A stretch of DNA of 64,000 bases from contig JAYEOK010000168.1 in assembly GCA_034722915.1 (NCBI GenBank), positions 6,016-70,015 on the forward strand. Direction: 5' to 3'. The first letter of the stretch is position 1. Every line of letters starts with the position of its first letter. This document shows, piece by piece, positions 10,156 to 23,233 of the stretch. Both the position numbers and the translations under genes were made by a program. The notes under the pieces were generated by a model. It saw nothing but the letters and a program-made list of their open reading frames with translations. It was not told where the DNA came from and did no database searches. The stretch comes from Thermodesulfobacteriota bacterium. Its GTDB lineage: Bacteria; Desulfobacterota; Desulfobulbia; Desulfobulbales; Desulfocapsaceae.

Positions 10156-10515
10156 ATGGAATCTTTAAAAGTATATATTCTGATAGCGAACCGTATGTAT
10201 AATGACGGTGTACGCTCCGCACTGGGTCTTGCTGTAGAAAATCATTACGGCTACCCGGTTATCTTTAACGGCGAATTTCCTCCTTTCTCTACCTACATGA
10301 AAGAGAATATTTCCTGGATCATGGATATGGAAGGCCAGGTATACAGTTGTGGTGCCGCCATTCCTGAAGAAACATATGATGCCGAGCTTGAAGAGAATCT
10401 GATCAAAGAGATCGATCTCAAAGAACTTGGTGAGGCCATGCGTGAGGCTGATTACATTATTCCCTTTGGCCTTCCGAAACAGACTAATGAGCCACCACCA
10501 GCTTGTGCTGAATAA
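10156..10515 (+). CDS. DsrF/DsrE-fold hypothetical protein
   Basis: DGVRSALGLAV resembles the DsrF/TusC helix; RBS AGGAG; in operon. Confidence 0.55.
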   Translation: MESLKVYILIANRMYNDGVRSALGLAVENHYGYPVIFNGEFPPFSTYMKENISWIMDMEGQVYSCGAAIPEETYDAELEENLIKEIDLKELGEAMREADYIIPFGLPKQTNEPPPACAE

Positions 10516-10526
10516 GGAGAGATACA

Positions 10527-10700
10527 ATGAAAATTTTACAGGTATATCGTTCAGCTCCCAGTGATGAAACAAAAACACTGGTTGAAATTCTGAACCGTGA
10601 TCGTGATGCTGATGCTTTTGATTTAAATGTTGATGCTCCAGATTACGACCAGCTCGTTGAAAAAATATTTGCTGCTGACCAGACTGTTTGCTGGTGGTAG
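10527..10700 (+). CDS. 57-aa DsrH/TusB-like small protein (not in ORF track)
   Basis: AAGGAGA RBS; MKILQVYRSAPSDETKTLVEIL...DYDQLVEKIFAADQTVCWW; the DYDQLVE..F..D..V.W ending resembles DsrH/TusB. Confidence 0.65.
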   Translation: MKILQVYRSAPSDETKTLVEILNRDRDADAFDLNVDAPDYDQLVEKIFAADQTVCWW

Positions 10701-10725
10701 TCAAAGCTTTTTTTTCATAAAAGCT

Positions 10726-10760
10726 CCCCACTGTAATATTTGTTACAGTGGGGTTTTTTT
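10726..10760 (+). terminator. Intrinsic terminator of the tusA-dsr operon
   Basis: CCCCACTGTAA-TATTTG-TTACAGTGGGG followed by T7. Confidence 0.85.
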
Positions 10761-10788
10761 GTTCAATCCCAAGCCCCCCTGTTCAGCT

Positions 10789-12369
10789 CTATCCCAACCG
10801 CACAGACTCGCCTAATTTCGGAACAAATGCGTTGTAACCTATTTGCCGAAGATGCTCTGCAAAAGAGAGTGACTGCTCCTCCTCGCCATGCACCACTGCA
10901 ATTTTCCTGATATTTAAATTTGATTCCTGCAAAAAACGGGTCATCTCATTCTTATCACCATGGGCACTGAATCCACCAAGCATAACAACATGTGCCTTAA
11001 GCTGGTAGTCGGAATTATAGAACCTGATGGTTGGAACCTCTCCTTTTCGCCCTGACTCCGCATATTTCTGACCAAGATCCAGAAGTCTTCTCCCCAGGGT
11101 ATTTCCTGCCATATACCCCACAATGAGCACTGTGTTTCTTTCATCCTGTATTTTATGTCTGAGATGATGGAGAATACGGCCACCCTCACACATACCTGAA
11201 CCTGCAATCACTATGTGAGGTCGCTCATCCCTGTTGAGTGCCATGGACTCCTCCACTGAACCTACAAAATTGATTTCTTTAAAAAGAAAAGGATTTTTTC
11301 CGTTTTCAAGAAATGTTTCATGGGTTTCATCATCATATGTCTCTGGATGTTCACCAAATACTTTTGTCAATTTATTTGCCAGTGGACTGTCCACATAAAT
11401 AGGCATTTTGGGTACTTTTCCTTCCATATACAGCTCATGAAGGTAATAAATAATTTCCTGAGTTCTGCCAAAAGCAAATGCCGGGATCATAATAGAACCG
11501 CCACGCTTTTCTGTCTTGATCAAAATTTTCTGTAGCATTGGTTTTAAGTCCATGACCGGTTTATGCACACGATTTCCATAGGTACTTTCCATAATCAGCA
11601 AATCGATATCTCTGTCTTCTTCAGCAAATTCCAAGGTAGGATCCTGAATAATTGGTTTATCAAAACGACCAATATCACCTGTGAAAAGAATCGAAGACTG
11701 TTTACCTTTTTCACGAACTTTAACATGAATCATGGCGGAACCGAGAATATGACCGGCATCATAAAGGGTACATATCGCATCTTTCCCTACCTCTATGGTG
11801 TGCTTATAAGGATAGCCCTTAAAAAAACCCAGCGAATTTTCTGCATCATTACTTGTATACAGGGGATCAATTTTGTTGAGATTATATTTATTCAGCAGAC
11901 GATTAATTTCACCGGTGTTTAACCTATGCTTCTTAGACTGCAGGAGTTTTTTTATCTTTTTTGCTTCGCTTTTTGAAATTTTTGTATCATTTGAAGAACT
12001 GCTCCTTTTGTACATGAAATTTTTAACGGTTTTATAATTAAGATATTGTGCATCCGATTCCTGAATGCGTGCAGAATCGCTGAGAAGATGTGCAGCAGCT
12101 GCGGCAGTTGCTCTGGTACAGACAATACGACCATTAAATTCATCTTTGGTGAACAAAGGAATACGGCCGCAGTGATCAATGTGAGCATGGGAAAGCAAAA
12201 TAGATGAAATCAATTCAGGAGCAAATGGAATTACCCGGTTACGCTCCGCACTTTCCTTTCTTTTTCCCTGAAACAGGCCACAATCAAATAAAAGCACATC
12301 ATCATCCGTCACAAGCATATGCATGGAGCCTGTAACCTGACGCACAGCACCACAAAAAACAATATACAT
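10789..12369 (-). CDS. MBL-fold beta-CASP metallo-hydrolase (RNA-processing, YSH1/TTHA0252-like)
   Basis: LLSHAHIDHCG, AGHILGSA, MESTYG, FAFGRTQE, SGMCEGGRILHHL, FSAHGD. Confidence 0.9.
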   Translation of the reverse strand: MYIVFCGAVRQVTGSMHMLVTDDDVLLFDCGLFQGKRKESAERNRVIPFAPELISSILLSHAHIDHCGRIPLFTKDEFNGRIVCTRATAAAAAHLLSDSARIQESDAQYLNYKTVKNFMYKRSSSSNDTKISKSEAKKIKKLLQSKKHRLNTGEINRLLNKYNLNKIDPLYTSNDAENSLGFFKGYPYKHTIEVGKDAICTLYDAGHILGSAMIHVKVREKGKQSSILFTGDIGRFDKPIIQDPTLEFAEEDRDIDLLIMESTYGNRVHKPVMDLKPMLQKILIKTEKRGGSIMIPAFAFGRTQEIIYYLHELYMEGKVPKMPIYVDSPLANKLTKVFGEHPETYDDETHETFLENGKNPFLFKEINFVGSVEESMALNRDERPHIVIAGSGMCEGGRILHHLRHKIQDERNTVLIVGYMAGNTLGRRLLDLGQKYAESGRKGEVPTIRFYNSDYQLKAHVVMLGGFSAHGDKNEMTRFLQESNLNIRKIAVVHGEEEQSLSFAEHLRQIGYNAFVPKLGESVRLG

Positions 12370-12394
12370 AATAAAATCCTCCAACAGTTGTTTA

Positions 12395-12555
12395 GTGCCT
12401 TACTCGTTAATTCCTGTCACTCTTTTCAGTACCCCTTGAGGGGTATAAAAAACAGGTAAGCATAGACTCCGAGAAAATGAAAATTTCGATTAACGTTAGC
12501 AAGTTAGACATACCAACAAGGCACTTATGCCGGCCTCACTTACCGTTTACCGGTG
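12395..12555 (+). mobile_element. TTA-type MITE stack (long body plus 28-bp tail) carrying both micro-inserts
   Basis: TTA flanks 12392-94 and 12556-58; palindromic insert 12420..12445; 17-bp insert 12455..12471. Confidence 0.85.
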
Positions 12556-12578
12556 TTACAGTTATCTGGCTTTTTGTA

Positions 12579-13667
12579 TCAACTACTTTCCATCAACAAA
12601 TCATGAAAAACAGGTCTGAATTCCTTAATCTTCCAATTATCCCGACTGGGATGAACCCGGTTGGTAAGCAATACCGCAATACAATCTTTTTCAGGATCTA
12701 TCCAAAATGATGTTCCGGTAAAACCAAGATGACCAACACTCTTCTTTGAAAAATATTTACCGCTACTTGAATCTTTTTCAGAAACCATATCAAAGCCCAT
12801 GGTCCATGTTGACTGACCTACCCGTGTCAGAATCTTCGATACAAGTTCATTTGAATACGCTTGATGCTTCCCCCTGCCCTGCCATTGATCAAGCAGTTGT
12901 TCGCAAAAACAGCTCACTCCCTGAAGTGTTCCAAACAAGCCGGCATGTCCGGCCACTCCTCCAATGGCCCTGCAATTATCATCATGCACAGTCCCACAAA
13001 GCATTTTTTCGCTCCATAAACACTTTTCAGTACTCACATAGGGCCTGTTTCCTTTTTCAGATAAACCTGGGAAAAAAAGGTCATTTTGAAGTCCTGAAGG
13101 TGTATATATGCAGGAACATGCCAATGCACCAATATCATTCGCCGTTATTTTTTCAATTATGAGACCAAGAAGCATGAAGCCAATATCACTATAACAATGA
13201 ATTCTCCCTGGTTTTGATAACAGTTTTTCTCTAAAAATATTTTTAAAAAGCTGCTCTTTTCTGTTCTGTTCGGGAATTTTAATCAGCTCATTAAAATAAT
13301 CTCTATACGGGGGAAATCCAGAACAATGGGACATAAGCTGTTTTACTGTTATTTCACTTTTATCAGGAGGACAAAATGAAAAAATTTCAATCAGTCTTGT
13401 TTCCGGTGTAATACATTTTCTGTGAAAAAGATTGAGTAAAACAGGGACAGTCGCAAGTGGTTTGGTAAGAGATGCAAGATCAAAAATATGATCTTTGCTG
13501 AGCTGTTTTATTTCAGGGTTTCGTTCAGCATAACCATAATATTTCATCAAACGATAATAATACCCATCTGACCACCTTGAAAATGAAAAAGCAGCTCCTG
13601 AAAAAACATTATTATTTAAAGCTGTTACAAATAAATTTTCTATTTTTTCAACTCTCTTTTCATCCAT
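12579..13667 (-). CDS. Serine hydrolase, beta-lactamase/AmpC family
   Basis: FDLASLTK (SxxK), YSDIGF, VHDDN, GHAGLF, GHLGFTGTSFWIDP. Confidence 0.9.
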   Translation of the reverse strand: MDEKRVEKIENLFVTALNNNVFSGAAFSFSRWSDGYYYRLMKYYGYAERNPEIKQLSKDHIFDLASLTKPLATVPVLLNLFHRKCITPETRLIEIFSFCPPDKSEITVKQLMSHCSGFPPYRDYFNELIKIPEQNRKEQLFKNIFREKLLSKPGRIHCYSDIGFMLLGLIIEKITANDIGALACSCIYTPSGLQNDLFFPGLSEKGNRPYVSTEKCLWSEKMLCGTVHDDNCRAIGGVAGHAGLFGTLQGVSCFCEQLLDQWQGRGKHQAYSNELVSKILTRVGQSTWTMGFDMVSEKDSSSGKYFSKKSVGHLGFTGTSFWIDPEKDCIAVLLTNRVHPSRDNWKIKEFRPVFHDLLMESS

Positions 13668-13679
13668 TCAAATTCCCTT

Positions 13680-14027
13680 ATTCCAATAACTCTCCGTAAA
13701 TGAAAATATCATTTAAAAATCTTGTATTTTTACCCACTTTACACTAATATAATCAAAAATGAAGTTTCTTATTATCGTACTGTTTTTCCATATAAATTTT
13801 TAATTATTTTTTTCATTTTCAACAACTTTTCAACAGCCTTTGTTAAAAGATTATTCATAACTTAGTTGATAAACTGTTTAAAACCGGAAATTAACAAATT
13901 TTCTCTTTTTTTTCCACAACACACTGTTTATAAAAATTTTTATTATTTTAATATGTTACGTTTATATTAAACATACTAACCGCCTTAATAACAATAATAA
14001 AAAGATTATTTAATAAAGAGATATCTC
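13680..14027. promoter_or_regulatory. Putative replication origin oriC
   Basis: Very AT-rich; DnaA-box-like TTTTCCACA 13910-18, TTTTCAACA 13816-24 and 13827-35, TTATTCATA 13851-59, TTTTCCATA 13784-92; CCGCC then TAA TAA CAA TAA TAA (13986-14000) resembling DnaA-trios; directly upstream of dnaN. Confidence 0.6.
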
Positions 14028-15158
14028 ATGACACTGAATTGTACTGTATCACGATCTGACTTAATGGAAGGATTGAATAGCCTGCAGAATATAACAAATA
14101 AACGGGTCACCTTAGCCATCCTTTCCAATGTTCTTATTGAAACTGCAGATGATAGTCTCATTCTCACAGGAACTGATCTTGAAATAGGATTACGGGTAGA
14201 AGTACCTGCTGAAATCCATGATCAGGGTACCTTGACCCTGCCAAGTAAAAAGATTTTCGAAATAGTACGTGAATCAGGATCTGATTTCATAACTGTACAG
14301 GAAACTGAAAACAGCTGGGTAATTATATCTGCAGGCTTAAGTACCTATAATCTTGCTGGTATGGCAAGTGATGAATTTCCTGAGTTTCCTGAATTTGATG
14401 AAGATAATTTTGTTTCTTTTGAGGCTGGTATCTTCGCAGACCTTATTGATAAAGTTATTTTTTCTGTGGCCAATGATGAAGAAAATGCCTATTCACTGAC
14501 AAATGTTCTTTTTGAAACAGAAAAAAGAGATGAAAGATCCTATGTCCGTATGATCTCATCCGATGGTCATCGTCTTTCTATCATGGAAAAGGATGTGGCA
14601 GCTGATATAGATATTCTTGACATACAACCGGGAACATTGATTCCTAAAAAAGGTATTCAGGAACTCAAAAAATTCTGTGATAATTGTGATACTGTTGAAC
14701 TTTCTTTTGAGGAAAAACAACTCGTTGCAAAAAACGATGAATCTATCATGGTTATACGCCTTAAAAAAGGCGATTTTCCACAATACAATGCCATAGTTGA
14801 TGCTGTTCAGCTTGAAAATAAAATACAGATAGAAAAAAATCCTTTCCTTGATTCACTCAAACGAATCAACCTTTTTACTGAAGATATCTTTCACACCATT
14901 CAATTAGAAATTGAAAATGGTAAGATGATTCTCAGTTCGCAGAATGTTGATCTTGGAAATGCAAAAGATGTGCTGGATGTACAGTATGACGGTGAACCTC
15001 TTTTATTAGGTTTTAACTGCCGTTATTTTATTGAAGCTCTCCAGGTTATGGAATGTGATGTGGTTGATGCCTATATAAATTCCAATAACAGTCCGTGCCT
15101 GATGAAATCGGATATAGATGAAGGCTTTTTAAGTATAATAATGCCTATGCAACTCTAA
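14028..15158 (+). CDS. dnaN: DNA polymerase III beta sliding clamp
   Basis: GTDLEIGL, SSDGHRLS, LIPKKG, GDFPQY, GFNCRYF, IIMPMQL. Confidence 0.97.
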   Translation: MTLNCTVSRSDLMEGLNSLQNITNKRVTLAILSNVLIETADDSLILTGTDLEIGLRVEVPAEIHDQGTLTLPSKKIFEIVRESGSDFITVQETENSWVIISAGLSTYNLAGMASDEFPEFPEFDEDNFVSFEAGIFADLIDKVIFSVANDEENAYSLTNVLFETEKRDERSYVRMISSDGHRLSIMEKDVAADIDILDIQPGTLIPKKGIQELKKFCDNCDTVELSFEEKQLVAKNDESIMVIRLKKGDFPQYNAIVDAVQLENKIQIEKNPFLDSLKRINLFTEDIFHTIQLEIENGKMILSSQNVDLGNAKDVLDVQYDGEPLLLGFNCRYFIEALQVMECDVVDAYINSNNSPCLMKSDIDEGFLSIIMPMQL

Positions 15159-15243
15159 AAAATTAGACCGGTGATGAATTGTAAACCGGGACTTCTTTTT
15201 GTACCTATTAAAAATATTATTTATATCTATCCCAACTAGTTAA

Positions 15244-17697
<2,454 letters not shown>

Positions 17698-17756
17698 AAA
17701 ATAAGTCACACCGCGGAAGCGATGTAGCATAATGTTGTAAACATTTGGAATTTTAT

Positions 17757-20249
17757 ATGACGATTGAAGAACAAGAAAATAATCTGACCATCTCCATTGA
17801 AAAGGAGATGAAAAAATCGTATCTCGATTATGCGATGAGCGTCATTATCGGCAGGGCTTTGCCGGATGTTCGTGATGGCTTAAAACCGGTTCATCGAAGA
17901 GCACTTTTTGCCATGCGGGAACTATCAGTCTTTTTTAATAGACCGTATGTGAAATCAGCACGTATTGTCGGTGATGTTATTGGTAAGTATCATCCTCATG
18001 GTGATACAGCAGCTTATGATACCATTGTCCGTATGGCTCAGAATTTTTCCATGCGTTATCCCCTGGTGGATGGTCAGGGTAACTTCGGTTCCATGGATGG
18101 CGATTCTCCAGCGGCCATGCGTTATACTGAAGCACGAATGACTCGTATTGATCGAGAAATAGTGAGTGATCTGGAAAAAGATACCGTGGACTTTGGTCCC
18201 AACTACGACAACTCTCTGACAGAACCACTGGTTATGCCCAGCAAGATTCCTAATTTGCTTGTCAATGGATCTTCCGGTATTGCTGTTGGAATGGCAACCA
18301 ATATTCCTCCCCATAATCTCACTGAGGTTATGGACGGTTTAATAGCCATGATTGATAATTCCAATATAACTGTTCATGAACTGATCACCATCATAACCGG
18401 CCCGGATTTCCCCAAAGGGGCTTTTATCTGCGGTCGAGCAGGAATACGGGAAGCTTATGAAACCGGGCGCGGCAGTGTCCTTATGCGCTCCCGTACCCAT
18501 GTTGAAAATATAAAGGGAAGCAAACGGGAAGCAATTATTGTCACTGAAATTCCTTACCAGCAAAACAAAGCAACTCTGGTCGCCAAGATTGCCCTTCTTG
18601 TAAAAGAAAAGAGAATCAGTGCAATATCTGAAGTTCGTGATGAGTCAGACAGGCATGGTGAACGTATTGTTATTGAATTGAAAAAAGACGAGATCCCTGA
18701 AGTGGTAATAAATCAGCTCTACAAGATGACACCATTACAACGATCCTTTGGTATCATTTTTCTCGCAATTGTAAATAATAAGCCTGAAGTTCTTAATTTA
18801 AAACAGATTCTCGAATATTTTATTCTTCACCGCAAAGTAGTGGTTTATCGTCGTACAGCCTTTGAACTGAAGAAAGCCGAAGAAAAAGCCCATCTTCTTG
18901 AAGGTCTTAAAATTGCCATCACCAACCTTGATGAAGTGGTTGAATTAATACGATCTTCAGAAAGTCCTGCAGTGGCCAAGGCAGAATTGATACGCCGTTT
19001 TGATCTTTCTGAAATTCAGGCTCAATCCATCCTTGATATGCGTCTCCAGCGCCTCACTGGCCTTGAACGTGATAAAATCATCAGGGATTACAAAGAAATC
19101 ATAGCTGAAATTGATCGTTTAAGAGAAATTCTTGGTAATGAAGCACTGGTTATGAAAATAATCCGTGATGAATTTCTTGAAATTAAAGAAACCTATGGTG
19201 ATGAAAGACGCACTGAAATAATCGACGCCGTAGATGAAATTTTGCCGGAAGACATGATTACTGAGGAAGATATGGCAGTAACTGTTACCCATACCGGATA
19301 TATTAAACGTAATTCGGTGAGTATTTATCGCTCACAGAGACGTGGTGGAAAAGGTGTTGTCGGGGTGAAAAATGTTGAAGAGGATTTTGTTTCCAACCTC
19401 TTTGTTGCATCCACCCACGATACATTTCTGTTCTTTACGAATTTAGGGAAAATTTTCTGGAGAAAAGTGTATCAACTGCCTCTGGCCGGTCGTACAGCCA
19501 GAGGAAAGGCCATTGTTAATCTGTTAAATCTTGCAGAAGGTGAAAAAGTAGCGGCAATTTTACCTGTTGCCGACCTTCAGAATGAAAAAAGCAATAAAAC
19601 CATTCTCATGGTTACCCGACTTGGCAGAGTGAAAAAAACAAGCCTTCAGGAATTTATTAAACCCTTGAAACGTGGAAAGAAGGCGCTCACCATAAAAGAA
19701 GATGATGAAATTATCTCTGCTCATATTCTCACCGGAGACAACACTGTCTTCCTTCTCTCCAAAAATGGTTCTTCCATCCATTTTCATGAGAGTGATGTAA
19801 GAACAATGGGAAGAACAGCGGCAGGAGTTCGTGGTATAAGACTAAGAGAAAATGATGTTGTTGTTGGCTCAATTGTCATTGATTCCAGCTCTTCCATCCT
19901 GACTGTTACTGAAAATGGTTACGGTAAACGGAGCCCTGTTGCTGATTATCGTATTCAGAAACGTGGTGGTCTGGGAATTATTGCAATTAAGGCAAGTGAT
20001 CGAAATGGTAAGGTTGTTGGAGGTATGCAGGTCGATGATGACTCTGAAGTAATGCTTATTGCAGATTCCGGAAAGATGATTCGCATGCCCATGGGAAATG
20101 TTCGCATTATAGGACGGACTACTCAAGGCGTCGGGCTTATTAAGCTTGCAGATGGGGAACGGGTTGTGGCCATGGATCTTGTCGCCCCTGAAGAAGAATC
20201 AGATGAGGACGAAGAGGGACAGGAGATCGAACAGAGCAGTGATGAGTAA
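17757..20249 (+). CDS. gyrA: DNA gyrase subunit A
   Basis: [27 protein letters not shown], GyrA-box QRRGGKG, acidic tail. Confidence 0.98.
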   Translation: MTIEEQENNLTISIEKEMKKSYLDYAMSVIIGRALPDVRDGLKPVHRRALFAMRELSVFFNRPYVKSARIVGDVIGKYHPHGDTAAYDTIVRMAQNFSMRYPLVDGQGNFGSMDGDSPAAMRYTEARMTRIDREIVSDLEKDTVDFGPNYDNSLTEPLVMPSKIPNLLVNGSSGIAVGMATNIPPHNLTEVMDGLIAMIDNSNITVHELITIITGPDFPKGAFICGRAGIREAYETGRGSVLMRSRTHVENIKGSKREAIIVTEIPYQQNKATLVAKIALLVKEKRISAISEVRDESDRHGERIVIELKKDEIPEVVINQLYKMTPLQRSFGIIFLAIVNNKPEVLNLKQILEYFILHRKVVVYRRTAFELKKAEEKAHLLEGLKIAITNLDEVVELIRSSESPAVAKAELIRRFDLSEIQAQSILDMRLQRLTGLERDKIIRDYKEIIAEIDRLREILGNEALVMKIIRDEFLEIKETYGDERRTEIIDAVDEILPEDMITEEDMAVTVTHTGYIKRNSVSIYRSQRRGGKGVVGVKNVEEDFVSNLFVASTHDTFLFFTNLGKIFWRKVYQLPLAGRTARGKAIVNLLNLAEGEKVAAILPVADLQNEKSNKTILMVTRLGRVKKTSLQEFIKPLKRGKKALTIKEDDEIISAHILTGDNTVFLLSKNGSSIHFHESDVRTMGRTAAGVRGIRLRENDVVVGSIVIDSSSSILTVTENGYGKRSPVADYRIQKRGGLGIIAIKASDRNGKVVGGMQVDDDSEVMLIADSGKMIRMPMGNVRIIGRTTQGVGLIKLADGERVVAMDLVAPEEESDEDEEGQEIEQSSDE

Positions 20250-21264
20250 AGTGCAAATAAAAAAAATTGCTGTTATCGGGGCTGGTTCATGGGGAACGGC
20301 CATTGCAGGGGTACTTTCCGGAAAAGGATTGCGTACTGTACTTTGGAGTCATAACAAAGTACATGTGGCTGCCCTTGAACGGGATAAAGAAAATAAAAAA
20401 TACCTTCCCGGGTTTATTTTTCCATCATCACTTGAGATCAATGCGGATCTTAAAGAAACCATTACTGGTGCAGAAGTTGTCTGTATGGTTGTCCCTTCCC
20501 ATGGATATCGTGCAGTCTTTGAAAAGCTTGTCCCATATTTGCAATCAGGGGTTAGTATAGTTTCTGCTGTTAAAGGCATTGAAAACAGCTCTCTCATGAC
20601 CATGACTCAGGTTATGACTGCAACCCTTGGCGACGAATTAAAAAACAAAAATATAACCCTTTCTGTGCTCTCAGGGCCATCTTTTGCAAAAGAAGTTGCC
20701 CAGGGACTTCCTACCTTGGTCACAATCGGCTGTGACGACCTGAAAAAAGCACAGTTCCTGCAAAAAGTTTTTGTCAGTGAACGCTTTAGAGTGTATGCAG
20801 CTCAGGACATGATTGGCCTTGAGGTCAGTGCTGCTCTAAAAAACATTGTTGCCATTGCAGCAGGCATTAGTGATGGCCTTGGATATGGTTTGAATAGCCG
20901 GGCCGCTCTCATCACCAGGGGGCTTGCAGAGATGACCCGCATGGGAGTAGCCATGGGTGCTGATCCTGTTACTTTTTCCGGCCTATCCGGCCTTGGTGAT
21001 CTGGTTCTTACCTGTACTGGTGATCTCAGTCGAAACCGCACGGTTGGTTTGAAGCTTGGCCAGGGGAAGAAACTTCCCGAAATTCTTGATGAGATGGAGA
21101 TGGTTGCAGAAGGAGTAAAGACAACAAAATCCGTTCATGATCTGGTCTCCAGGATGAAAGTTGAAATGCCTATTCTCGACCAGGTTTATGAAATACTTTA
21201 TAACGAAAAAGATTGTTCTACTGCCGTTATTGATCTTTTAACTCGCGAACTGAAAGTTGAATAA
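20242..21264 (+). CDS. gpsA: NAD(P)H-dependent glycerol-3-phosphate dehydrogenase
   Basis: [44 protein letters not shown]; ATG overlaps the gyrA end. Confidence 0.96.
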   Translation: MSKVQIKKIAVIGAGSWGTAIAGVLSGKGLRTVLWSHNKVHVAALERDKENKKYLPGFIFPSSLEINADLKETITGAEVVCMVVPSHGYRAVFEKLVPYLQSGVSIVSAVKGIENSSLMTMTQVMTATLGDELKNKNITLSVLSGPSFAKEVAQGLPTLVTIGCDDLKKAQFLQKVFVSERFRVYAAQDMIGLEVSAALKNIVAIAAGISDGLGYGLNSRAALITRGLAEMTRMGVAMGADPVTFSGLSGLGDLVLTCTGDLSRNRTVGLKLGQGKKLPEILDEMEMVAEGVKTTKSVHDLVSRMKVEMPILDQVYEILYNEKDCSTAVIDLLTRELKVE

Positions 21265-21297
21265 ACGGCAAACTTTCACGAATAAAAAATAAAAAAA

Positions 21298-22410
21298 ATG
21301 CCAAAACAAGCTGACGAAGGTGTTCGGTTTCTCTCGTATTTAACTCTTAGTTTGCTCGCTGCTTCACTTTATATTTTTTCTTCCTACCTGCATTATATCC
21401 TTGTTGCAGCAGTTCTTGCTCTTTGTACCAGCCACGGTTTATCAGCTCTTGTTCAGTTTTTCGGGAATCCTTCCCTACCCTCATTTATCAGAAAACAGAA
21501 GCTTTTTATAAGCTCCACAATCCTCACCCTCTTTTTCCTCTGCCTTATTTTTGCTCCTCTTGTCTATTTTATTTCCGAGACCTACACGCAGATGCAAGAT
21601 GTAGATCTTGATCACGTTAAAGACGTCACCATGCTGATGGTGGATAAGGTGATATCCTTTACCGATTCTGTTCCTATCCTCCATAATTTTCTTGATTCTT
21701 TAAAGACAGAAGGATTTTCTGTACTAAAAGGGGTGTCCATAGAGGCCCTGTATAAAACAGTGAACGGGGTGGCGTCGGGCGCTGGTGGGCTGGTGGTACA
21801 AATCGGCTGGATTCTTATTTTCTATTTTCTTTTTAATCTGAACGGTAAACAGATCCTTGCTTTTGCAGCACGCGTTATGCCTACCAGTTTTGAGCATGAA
21901 CAATATCTGTACCGTGAATGCACAGGTACTGTAGCGGTTGTTTTTTACGGGACTCTTTTCAACATGCTGGCCCAGGGGTTGACCTTTGGTATTCTTATGG
22001 GCTTTATCGGTGGTTACAACGCCTTTTATCTAGGGGTGCTGGCCGGTTTCTGTTCGGTTATTCCCATTGTCGGCGCTGCACTTGTGTATATTCCTGTTAT
22101 TGCTCTGGAGCTTGTTGCCGGGGATTATATAAATGTGGTGATTATTCTCGTTGTTGTCTGGGGAGTTATGGGATTTTTTATTGATAATATTCTCCGAATT
22201 ATCTTTATCAGCTATCTCAAACGAATTTTCGGTTTTGAGTACACCATGAACGAAATCCTGATTCTGCTTTCCATCCTTGCAGGTATTGCAAGTTTTGGTT
22301 TTTGGGGACTGATTATTGGTCCATCTGTTATTGCCCTTACCCTGGCTGCTACTAATCTTTACAGTTCACAGATACACCACACAGGATTTCCTGAAGATGA
22401 TTTATCTTAA
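21298..22410 (+). CDS. AI-2E (PerM-like) family transporter
   Basis: Hydrophobic; IPIVGAALVYIP, IDNILR, FGFWGLIIGP. Confidence 0.85.
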   Translation: MPKQADEGVRFLSYLTLSLLAASLYIFSSYLHYILVAAVLALCTSHGLSALVQFFGNPSLPSFIRKQKLFISSTILTLFFLCLIFAPLVYFISETYTQMQDVDLDHVKDVTMLMVDKVISFTDSVPILHNFLDSLKTEGFSVLKGVSIEALYKTVNGVASGAGGLVVQIGWILIFYFLFNLNGKQILAFAARVMPTSFEHEQYLYRECTGTVAVVFYGTLFNMLAQGLTFGILMGFIGGYNAFYLGVLAGFCSVIPIVGAALVYIPVIALELVAGDYINVVIILVVVWGVMGFFIDNILRIIFISYLKRIFGFEYTMNEILILLSILAGIASFGFWGLIIGPSVIALTLAATNLYSSQIHHTGFPEDDLS

Positions 22411-22546
22411 ACGTTTTTGGGGATTAAGGTACTGAAACAAGGAGGAAGGCAGGCGCTTAGGATTTCGCTTGATTCTGGGGAAAAAAAGGGTCTGGTACGG
22501 TAATCCCTGGGAGTCAGATATACGATTTAATAGCTCAATATCATTA

Positions 22547-22662
22547 GTGCCTTACTCGTTAATTCCTGTCATAAAAAACAAGAAAATGGAAAGTTCTATT
22601 AAAGTTAGCAGGTTAAATATACCAACAAGGCACTTATGCCGGCTTACCGTTCATCACCGGTG
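22547..22662 (+). mobile_element. TTA-type MITE stack (long body plus 26-bp tail), no micro-inserts
   Basis: TTA flanks 22544-46 and 22663-65; near-identical to 28870..29012 and 54497..54615. Confidence 0.85.
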
Positions 22663-22716
22663 TTAGATTTTAATCGTAAACTAATGTTTTTTTCATTAGC
22701 TTTGGCAATAATATTT

Positions 22717-23164
22717 GAACTTATCGCCCTGCGGGCGGGTTTTAAAAAGAGAATGTCGAATGTCGAACAGGTAAGCGCAGACTCCGAGGAATATCGAATA
22801 TCGATCGGAATAAAAAACGACGGATCAAGGGCCTTTCCCCTTCTGCGGTTCGACATTCCTTGTTCGATATTCGATATTCGTCTTTTAATGTTTGGTATTC
22901 ATTTTTTAAGCTTCGTAAAAAATGAAAATTCCTATGCTATGAACTTAGTGCCCTTTGGGCGGGTTTTAAAAAGAGAATGTCGAATATCGAACAGGTAAGC
23001 GCAGACTCCGAGGAATATCGAATATCGATCGGAATAAAAGACGAAAAATCAAGGGCCTTTCCCCTTCTTCGGTTCGACATTCCTTGTTCGATATTCGATA
23101 TTCGTCCTTTAATGTTCGGTATTCATTATTTAAGCTTCGTAAAAAATGAAAATTCCTATGCTAT
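22717..23164 (+). repeat. Tandem pair of 224-bp hairpin-forming elements (family C)
   Basis: Units 22717..22940 and 22941..23164 start with GAACTTA; internal TCGAATA/G 7-mers form a long inverted repeat; third copy at 32214..32440. Confidence 0.9.
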
Positions 23165-23233
23165 TTAATTGATTCTTTTTTTGAACTACCAACAGGTTGA
23201 AATTATAAATTTTTTTCATTAAAGACAATTTTT

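Noticed and set aside
22717-23164. Possible CRISPR array, also considered for the 9000..9183 and 26145..26456 tandems
   Set aside because: No constant short repeat with unique, equal-length spacers, and no cas genes in the window.
22636-23168. ORFs 22636..22998, 22644..22856 and 22977..23168, and similar ORFs at 12477, 22469, 28986 and 54172
   Set aside because: They are translations of MITE/repeat sequence; identical peptide text recurs wherever the repeat recurs.
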